This document shows positions 54,880 through 64,000 of a DNA stretch of 64,000 bases, one piece after another. The notes beneath the pieces are model-generated. The model was not told the origin of the DNA. It did not search any database and saw only the letters and a program-made list of their open reading frames with translations. Every line of letters begins with the position of its first letter. Positions within the stretch are counted from its first letter, which is position 1. The DNA is from Eledone cirrhosa (Eukaryota), in assembly GCA_964016885.1 (NCBI GenBank), contig OZ024741.1, positions 128,402,001-128,466,000 of the forward strand. The letters are read 5' to 3'. The position numbers and the translations under genes were made by a program.

Positions 54880-55468
54880 TGTGTGTGTGTACATTCGTGA
54901 ATGTGAATGTGTTAAATTTCTCCTTCATACTCTACGAATACGTCGAGTAACAGAAATAGAATGAAAGATTGGGACGGAGAAAGGCAGAGAAAAAGAGACA
55001 AACGTGAAAAAGTAAAAGACAAGAGAGACTGAAAGAAATATGAGGACGGGGAAGTAAGAGGTAGTAAGAGATAGAATTAGCACTGGAGTAGCAACCGAAG
55101 CTGTTGTAGCAGCAGCAGCAGTAAAAATCTAGAGATCGGAGATTTTTCGGTGATGGAGAAGAAGAGGTTTGGGTAGGGGAGATAAGTAGGAAAATGTGAT
55201 CAATGTCGGATGGTATTAAACACAGGAAGTAGTGAAACTTCCGGTGGTTGAGTGAAGTAGGTAAATCGGGTCGGTGTTGAGGTATGGTTTGGAACAATTT
55301 GAGGGTTTCAAAGAGTTTTGTTTCACGAGCCAACCCCTACATCAGCATCCTCGCTTCTCAAACGCCAAAATTCCTTGAAAGCTTCCAGCAAAGGTGGCGA
55401 GATATCTCCCTCTTGCTCTCTTTTGCTGCCTCTTTCTTTCTTTTAATGTCTGCCCCCTCCACAATTTT

Positions 55469-55579
<111 letters not shown>

Positions 55580-55601
55580 GAGAAAGAGAGTGTGTGTGTG
55601 T

Positions 55602-55654
<53 letters not shown>

Positions 55655-55769
55655 GGAGAGAGAGAGACAGAGGGAGAGAGAGAGTTCCATAACAAATTAG
55701 CAAACAATGCAGGAAGACGCGCGTTTCACCAAACGGATTTTTAACCCGTGTATGGCTACGGTGAGAACC

Positions 55770-55845
<76 letters not shown>

Positions 55846-55895
55846 TATATATGTATATATGTGTGTGTGTGTATGTGTGTGTGTGTGTGTGTGTA

Positions 55896-55961
<66 letters not shown>

Positions 55962-55963
55962 AA

Positions 55964-55997
<34 letters not shown>

Positions 55998-56006
55998 TTA
56001 TATATA

Positions 56007-56074
<68 letters not shown>

Positions 56075-56395
56075 GCTATATATACACACATATCTATATG
56101 CATGTGTGTGTGTGTGTGTGTGTGTGTATGCAAAAGGTAAACAGAAATGACAAAGTAAATGATATAATACAATGAAGAATATATTAGTTTAACGCTTGAG
56201 ATAGTAGGAAAAGAGTCTGAAAATTTTAGGACTCTGGTCCTTCATCAGAAGATAGAATGAGAAATAAAAGAAGATATAGAAAGATAGAGAGTGGGAAAAG
56301 GAAGAAACAGAATTTTCTTTTACATAAAAAACACGTGTATATTCAATCAACCATTTTTGAAGACCGTCCCCGCAACAAATGTGTATATGTATGCA

Positions 56396-56886
56396 TGTTC
56401 TTCTGGTTTTATAATTTCACAAAGTTTTACCAATAGAGAGAGAGAGTCGGTTTCTAACATAGACACAAGACTCTCTCATTGGAATTTACACATCAACTAG
56501 GTAGATATGTATGTATGCATGCATGTGTAGATATGGATGTTATTGTATGTATGGATGTGGATGTTTTGAGTTGTATGTGTGCATGTGTATATGCTTTGTA
56601 TCTGTACATGTGTATATGCAGTTATTAGATGCAACATTTTTGGAATGTTTTACATATTTTTACTGTTCCATTAATGGATTGTACTTGTAATTTTCTAACT
56701 AGTTGTGTTCTTTCTGTTCCTGTGAAGCCTAGCTTCTCAAGATTTGTATTGAGGCAGTTACTAACATATCCCAGTGCCCCAATAATCACAGGCATAAATC
56801 TGAAGGTGTAATCAGGGCGGAGTATCTGCAGATTTCTCATCAGTTCTGCATAAATATTCTCCTTTTCACTAATCTTTGATATTATT
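56396..56886 (-). mobile_element. 5'-truncated R4/Dong-like LINE 3' end
   Basis: MRNLQILRPDYTFRFMPVIIGALGYV...TVKICKTFQK, with the same 3' UTR as the copies at 1719 and 24231. Bounded by TATG repeats. Confidence 0.88.
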
Positions 56887-56962
56887 GTATGTATGTATGT
56901 ATGTATGTATGTATGTATGTATGTATGTATGTATGTATGTATGTATGTATGTATGTATGTAT

Positions 56963-57552
56963 GTTAGTCGGGTTACTCTTGAGTGCTGGTAACATGTAAC
57001 TCAGTACAACCTGTCGCGTGGTCAGGTCGTCTGCAACTAAACCGGCAACCCCACCAAGTTTACTTGGTGAGGAGGGTGATTTTGGACGCGCTGCAGGACA
57101 AAACACAAAACCTGACAAAGGGCGGAAGAACACATAAGAGTCAACGGTAATCCAAAAGTGTGTAAATATGTATATACACATGTTCATATGTATGTATATG
57201 CGCGGGGACATAGAAATAGTCGGGCTGGACACCCGATCGCGCGGTTAAACCACTGAGAGTGAAGGACCCCTAGCCTTTGTGAGGGCATTCTTCTAGGAGA
57301 AGGCAACTCAGGAAACTGAGATAACTCCGATATAAAACCTGCGGTTCAGTAGTTACCGATGATGTTGATCTTTTCTTCTTTTCGAGTTATAGCTACTGTC
57401 GCTCAGAGAGTGGGATTGGCTCAGTGCACAGTCTTTCCTCATTTTAAACATTATCTTCACCCACAGGCATTGCACGATAGAATTAATTAATAATTGTTAA
57501 TAATGGTATATCGTGCAATGGCCATACTCGATAAAGGAGGGGGCAGCCATCA
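56963..57552 (+). mobile_element. Longest copy of the (TATG)n-flanked non-coding repeat family
   Basis: Shares blocks with 35-325 and 386-760. Confidence 0.55.
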
Positions 57553-57815
57553 TGTATGTATGTATGTATTCGAAAACCAACGAGGAATTATAACACAGGA
57601 GAGAAATATAGTTCAATAATAATATGTATTAGTAAAATGTTTGAGATTGTATAAAAAGAGAATTAACGTTTCGGTCTTATGTCCTACATTAGAAGAGAAA
57701 ATGAGAGGTAGAAGAAGAAATAGACAGAAAAGTAAAAAGAGAATAAAACGGGAAAATCTTTTGCAGGATAAAAGCATGTGTATGTTTAGTCAGCCATTTA
57801 TATTTACGTACATAG

Positions 57816-57864
<49 letters not shown>

Positions 57865-57893
57865 CACACTCACACACACACACCCACACACAT

Positions 57894-57899
<6 letters not shown>

Positions 57900-57934
<35 letters not shown>

Positions 57935-57978
57935 TATAAATATACATATATATATATATACATATATATATATACGTA

Positions 57979-58014
<36 letters not shown>

Positions 58015-58059
58015 ATATATATGTATATACGTATATATATATATATATATATATGTACG

Positions 58060-58092
<33 letters not shown>

Positions 58093-58112
58093 GTATATAT
58101 ATATATATATAC

Positions 58113-58160
<48 letters not shown>

Positions 58161-58166
58161 ATATAC

Positions 58167-58222
<56 letters not shown>

Positions 58223-58260
58223 GTATATATATATATATATATATATACGTATATATATAC

Positions 58261-58304
<44 letters not shown>

Positions 58305-58318
58305 GTATATATATATAC

Positions 58319-58406
<88 letters not shown>

Positions 58407-58434
58407 GTATATATATATATATATATATATATAC

Positions 58435-58488
<54 letters not shown>
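57900..58488. repeat. Long (TA)n tract with recurrent CG interruptions
   Basis: Direct inspection. Confidence 0.95.
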
Positions 58489-58492
<4 letters not shown>

Positions 58493-58972
58493 AAGTATGT
58501 TTTCCTACATGCAAAATGCATATAGGGACACATGTATTATCCAACCGTATGCCAATGTGGTTCTATGGCAGGTTAATAAATTAACGAGCCAGAACATATA
58601 TAATCAAGGTTTAGCAAATAAGAAAAAGTTTTAAAATAAATTTTTAAAAGTTCCCTATACCTACCTTGACCTTTCCGCCTCTGCCTTCTATCTTTACACA
58701 CGGCATTAGACAAGATTGTTTCTTCATCATACACTCTGTATGATGAACAGTTCTGTATGGCGCCAGTTCGTGATTTGAACTCGGGAATTTTATATTCTCC
58801 GAGTGAGAAGAACCCTCTGACGAAAGTCTTCTTCTCAATGAATTTCCGCATGGATTATCCATTTATTTTGAGACCTGAAACCGTGCGGTAAGGGTAATTA
58901 TAGCAGGTATAGTGAACTTTTAAAAATTTATTTTAAAACTTTTTTCTTATTTGCTAAACCTTGATTATATAT
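58489..58972 (+). mobile_element. TA-flanked hammerhead-bearing element with an inverted copy of its 3' end
   Basis: 58596-58662 is inverted relative to 58905-58972, with the hammerhead between them. Confidence 0.75.
58812..58895 (+). ncRNA. Type I hammerhead ribozyme motif
   Basis: ACCCT-CTGACGA-aaGTCT..(long loop)..AGACct-GAAA-CCGTGCGG-TA-AGGGT. Confidence 0.75.
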
Positions 58973-58977
58973 ATATA

Positions 58978-59747
58978 CTAGCAGAATGGCCCGGCGTTGT
59001 TCGGGATTTGCTATAGGGTTCTTATATATTTGATATATATTTATCCTTATCGAACCTCGTGAAATAAATACGTTTGTTTATATTTTGTTATTGTGTATGC
59101 AAAAATATCTGTCCATAAATATATAATTATATATATATATATTAAAATAACAGACTAAAGTGTAAGCAAAGAATCACTGCTTTCACCCTTAACGAGATAT
59201 TCTACCTAAAAGCAGTATGCAGTACACTAAGACTAATTGATGTAATCTTTGGCCTTGTTTGTTTATATTTTGTTTTTGTGTATGCAAAAATATCTGTACT
59301 CGAATATCTATATTAAAATAACATATTAATGTTTAAGCAAAGAATCGCTGCTTTCAACCTTAACGGGATCTTCTTAAACTAAAAAAATCAATCTGGAAAA
59401 CAGGAAGACGATACTTTGGTTCGTAAAGATGTTCTTTGACATAAGAATATATACACTCACACTGATCGCGTCATAATGACGTAATGCAGACAGTCAGGCA
59501 TACAGGCAGATATTATGAAGGCGCGACGTCATATCTACGTATCTATCTAAAAAGAGAAAGACTAAGAGAAAGAGAAAGAGAAAGAGATCGCTAAATCGCC
59601 TAATGCGGTCCCTAGGGCATTGAAAATTTGAAATTTCTTTTTCTCAAAACACTTCCGAGGTCATACGAGTTACATGTATAAAGTTTGAAAAAAACCGGTT
59701 GGGTACTTCTCGAGTTTTAGGGAAACAAACACACAGACATCCTCTGT

Positions 59748-59760
<13 letters not shown>
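58978..59760 (-). mobile_element. Non-autonomous Helitron
   Basis: The reverse strand ends in a CCCG-aacaacgc-CGGG hairpin, a short spacer, then CTAG|T. The 5' end TATATAAATAAAA..GTCTGTGTGTTTGTTT merges into (TA)n. Confidence 0.7.
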
Positions 59761-59827
<67 letters not shown>

Positions 59828-59976
59828 CATACATACATACATACATACATACATACATACATACATACATACATACAAACAATAATAATATTGAAACGAT
59901 GTCATCAGAAGAACCGATATATTTCCGACCGTTTCCTCACTTACTCAATGATTTAATTAAGCTAGCATCATTTATA

Positions 59977-60156
59977 TCTATATATAATATAGAAGAGAGA
60001 TGTTTATTGGTTGGTTGGTTGGTTGGCTGGTTGGCTGGTTGGTTTGATCACACGAAAACTACGCACACACACACGCACACACATCTAAAGAGAGAGACAC
60101 AGAGTGATGGGTAGAGACAGACAGAGAGAGAGATACAATTAAAGTGTTAGATATTC

Positions 60157-60187
<31 letters not shown>

Positions 60188-60916
60188 CAAAGGGAGAGAG
60201 AGAGAGAGAGAGGGGGGGGGAGCAAGAGAGAGAGAGTGAAAGAGAGAGACAAAAGTCTAGAATCAGCTGAAACTATAGATCAAAGTATCAGTTGAATGTT
60301 TAACAATATTCTGTTAGCTTTTATGAAGTCGTTTTACACCAGTCTTTGATTTCAGAGAACACAGAAAAGATTTATGCTATTTGAAATAAATCGTATATCA
60401 ATTTAGCTTTTTGATGATAGTGTCATGTTATTATTGACCTAATTCAGATGACAGAGTGTCAACCTATTCTTTATGGCTGCTATTTGCATTTTATTTCTGT
60501 TTTTTTTATATTGTTTTTTTTTCTCACGATATTTTCCAAGAAAATTAATTTCAACATGTCACCCAAACACCACTCATTTATCGGGGAAGTTACAATGTTC
60601 GCCAAACAGTTGACATCTTTAAACGAAAGAGAAACTCACAAACAATATAAAGAAAGAGTTGGGAATAAAGGGACAAGTCAACAGCGTGTCATTCCGCAGA
60701 ATATGAGAGGAGAATACTGCTTACAGACTGTTCTAAAGAACCTAAACACTTCAGAAGCAATGTTATGCGGTATATTGATGCGTTTCAGCTCCTTTGATGT
60801 ATTCAGCTCCTTTGGAGCTGATTTCACAACATTTAAAATCCAATGCTACCATTTAGTCGGCAGTTTACTTCCCCAGACTAATAAGGAAGTTTTATTATCT
60901 TTTTTGTGTGTCTCTC

Positions 60917-60998
<82 letters not shown>

Positions 60999-61109
60999 TA
61001 CGGTCTCACCTCATACTGTAAACGAGACAACACTTCCAACATAGTCGTTTTCTCTTTTATCCGTCTTCTCTTAACTGTTTTCCCGGGCGAAGCCGGTTCC
61101 CTCAGCTAG
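59977..61109 (+). mobile_element. Helitron deletion derivative with a Rep/Hel N-terminal remnant
   Basis: A|TCTATATATAAT 5' end. 3' CCGG-gcgaag-CCGG hairpin then CTAG|T. Internal SSFGA..TFKIQ.YHLVGSLLP resembles the Helitron RepHel N-terminal motif (SFGA...FKIQGQVYH.IGSLLP). Confidence 0.8.
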
Positions 61110-61509
61110 TTAAGATATAAACCAAAAAGGACAGCAGAGTGCACACTAATACACATATGTGTGTGTGCACGCATATACTGTACTGTATATATATTATTGA
61201 GATTACTCTCTGTTGCTACTCTGAATTTCGCGGAGTACCTCTGATTACGCAACTGGAAAATAATTTTATCTGGCAGTTTATATGGCAAATATAATGGGTG
61301 TAGCTAATATAATGATAAACTAGATGGAACTGACATTTAGCTAATGGATGTCAAGATATAAAAAAGAGAATACAGTATTTTCATACAGCCAACTACCCAC
61401 ACACACGCAGTCAGAACCACACATCCACATATCTACGCATACACATTTATCATCATCATCACCATTGCACGTCACTTTAACCGGCATTTTTACACACACA
61501 CACACATAA

Positions 61510-61540
<31 letters not shown>

Positions 61541-61692
61541 TGCATATACACACACATATATATTTATATATAAAAGAATATTATCAAACGTATACGCGTA
61601 CGCGCGTGCACAAGCACGTTGTTTATAATCATATTATATACAAACCACTCATGCTCATGTACATCCATTCATATTTACATGTGTGTGTGCAC

Positions 61693-61750
<58 letters not shown>

Positions 61751-61779
61751 TATAAATATATATATATACACACACACAG

Positions 61780-61854
<75 letters not shown>

Positions 61855-61868
61855 TATAATATTTATAA

Positions 61869-61899
<31 letters not shown>

Positions 61900-61957
61900 T
61901 ACATGTATATTTATACACATATATATATAATATATATATATATATGATATATATGTA

Positions 61958-62012
<55 letters not shown>

Positions 62013-62572
62013 CAAAGAAGGGAGAGAACGGTGCGTGAGGGCTTAGTCAAAGGAGAAAATATATATAAAGGAGAGAAATAATCAAACAGAAGAGAATAAA
62101 TGGACTGTAGTCCACCGAGCAGATAAAGAAGAAAGACATTGAAGAGTAGAACATTTAGAAGGAAGAATAGAGGGAGACAGACCGGGTGGTGTGATGTTTA
62201 TTATAAGATAGTTTTTAAAAAAAGAAGCCCGCACGAATAAGTCTTCAGAATATAAATTCAAAATAGGAGGGGCACAGTACAGAGACAATGGAGAACAACA
62301 ACGGAATACGGACAGTCCCATCTCCTCAGTCAACGTTTGAAAATCACTACGGTTTCGGTTTTTAAGGTTAATACCGGTCATTCCAGTATACATTGAAACA
62401 TAATAAAATAGGTAAAAAGAAGTTACGCTTTTATGTGAATTACACAAATATAGATGGAAAAGTATCCCAAGTGTGTCAACCGCCTTCCTCTAGTCCCCCT
62501 TCTTACCTTTTCTACGTCGGACTACAATCCTTATTATATTCTCTTATGCTTCACTATGTCTCGGTATCACTG

Positions 62573-62636
<64 letters not shown>

Positions 62637-62637
62637 C

Positions 62638-62672
<35 letters not shown>

Positions 62673-62976
62673 GGTATATATATATATATATAAATATATA
62701 GTAATAATAATAAATTTGAAGAGTAAAATCCAAAGAGAGCTCGATAAGGATAAATATATATCAAATATATAAGAACCGTAGAGCAAATATTTATTAAAAT
62801 AATAGATTAAAGTTTAAGCAAAGAATCACTGCTTTCACCCTTAACGGGATCTTCTGAAACGTTATATTTATTTTAATAAATATATATATATATATATATA
62901 TATAAGTTATTCCGGGTTGAATCGGAGGTAACCACAGTAAGTAAGGTACTCAATACATAGCAGAATATAAAAGTTT

Positions 62977-63095
62977 TAATATAGAAGAGCGTCTACAGGA
63001 CTAGAACTGTTTCATTCGTGAGAAATCATCAGGAAGCTCCTGATGATTTTTCACGAATGAAACAGGTCTAGTCCTGTAGAAGCTCTTCTATATTA
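62977..63095. repeat. Fold-back palindrome of two back-to-back hammerhead motifs
   Basis: 58-bp arms and a 3-nt loop. TCATCAGGA-AGC-TCCTGATGA lies at the centre. Confidence 0.9.
62988..63038 (-). ncRNA. Type I hammerhead motif (mirror copy at 63038-63084 on the plus strand)
   Basis: Consensus of the two arms: AGCTTC-CTGATGA-tTTCtcacGAAt-GAAA-CAGGtctagtCCTG-TA-GAAGCT. Confidence 0.7.
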
Positions 63096-63105
63096 TATAT
63101 ATATA

Positions 63106-63770
63106 TAAATGTAAGTATGTATGTACGTATACGTATATACATATATGTATACAGACGTACAGTAGTATGTATATATATATACATACATGTACACATATAT
63201 ATGCACGTATCGGTTTACCGAACATTTATTATAATGCTCGGTTTGTTTGTTTGTAAACAAACAAACAGCCCGGATTACGCCGTACTAAGAGTGAGAAATG
63301 AAATTTCGTTTCATTCTATTCCATTTGATCGTTTTCGGTGCGCCCAGCCGACTGAACTCACTCGATATGCAAATTAGGCTTGCTCAGCCGTTAATATGCA
63401 TAAGGAAAGTATATACTTTCAGACGTTCAACCATCTGGCAGGAAGGTATACGATGCTGACGATAGCTAATAAGCTTGAAACTAGTACATCGTTCCTGTGT
63501 CAGTGTTGAACAAAAAGGTGACGTGGTTGCCTAAACACTGTACGGCGTAATTCGGGATGTTTGTTTGTTTACAAACAAACAAACCGAGCATTATAATAAA
63601 TGTTCGGTAAACCGATACGTGCATATATATATGTGTACATGTATGTATATATATACATACTACTGTACGTCTGTATACATATATGTATGTACGTATACGT
63701 ACATACATACTTACATTTAAGTAAGTGCCGTACTAAGAGTGAGAAATGAAATTTCATTTCATTCTATTCC

Positions 63771-63774
<4 letters not shown>
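63106..63774 (+). mobile_element. Retrozyme-like or Penelope-pLTR-like element with layout B'(inverted)-A-HHR-B-A
   Basis: Inverted repeat 63106-63285 / 63540-63719. Direct repeat 63279-63326 / 63727-63774. Flanked by (TA)n. Confidence 0.75.
63451..63491 (+). ncRNA. Minimal type I hammerhead ribozyme motif
   Basis: CGATG-CTGACGA-tAGCTaataAGCTt-GAAA-CTAG-TA-CATCG. Confidence 0.85.
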
Positions 63775-63861
<87 letters not shown>

Positions 63862-64000
63862 TAAGAGAGAGAGATATGTGTGTGTGAGTCGGTAACTATG
63901 AACGCTGAACTATAAAACAAAACAGCATAAGAAAGGGTTAATTATTTCTTAGGTATATTCTTTCACTAGGTTCACCGGTTGACCTTGTTCGTAAGAAGAT

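Noticed and set aside
54932-55333. Possible decayed Penelope endonuclease remnants (also 31990-32200 and 62082-62330)
   Set aside because: The resemblance is too weak to call without a profile search.
59885-59960. TCATCAG with nearby TTTC motifs
   Set aside because: I could not build consistent stems in any hammerhead topology.

Overview
Repeat-dominated eukaryotic DNA with no host gene I can support. The dense (TA)n/(CA)n/(TATG)n/(GA)n tracts and the SINE types suggest a cephalopod (Octopus-like) genome; this is inference. The window holds a near full-length R4/Dong-type RLE non-LTR retrotransposon (about 18.3-22.6 kb) with a tandem 3' copy, diverged relatives at (CATA)n tracts, Penelope-like GIY-YIG remnants, an RTE fragment, two non-autonomous Helitrons, hAT-type and long-TIR MITEs, many tRNA-derived SINEs and an 11.3-kb 15-bp G/T-rich satellite. 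The main hidden signal is that many short islands between (TA)n tracts carry type I hammerhead ribozyme motifs (stem I-CUGANGA-stem II-GAAA-stem III-NUH-stem I). About 13 intact or near-intact motifs were read by eye, counting both arms of the fold-backs, plus decayed ones, and they come from several unrelated families. Many of these islands are fold-back (inverted) insertions with one longer arm, so several place a ribozyme on both strands. One has a circularly permuted 448-bp retrozyme-like layout. Most ORFs in the supplied track are microsatellite artefacts.
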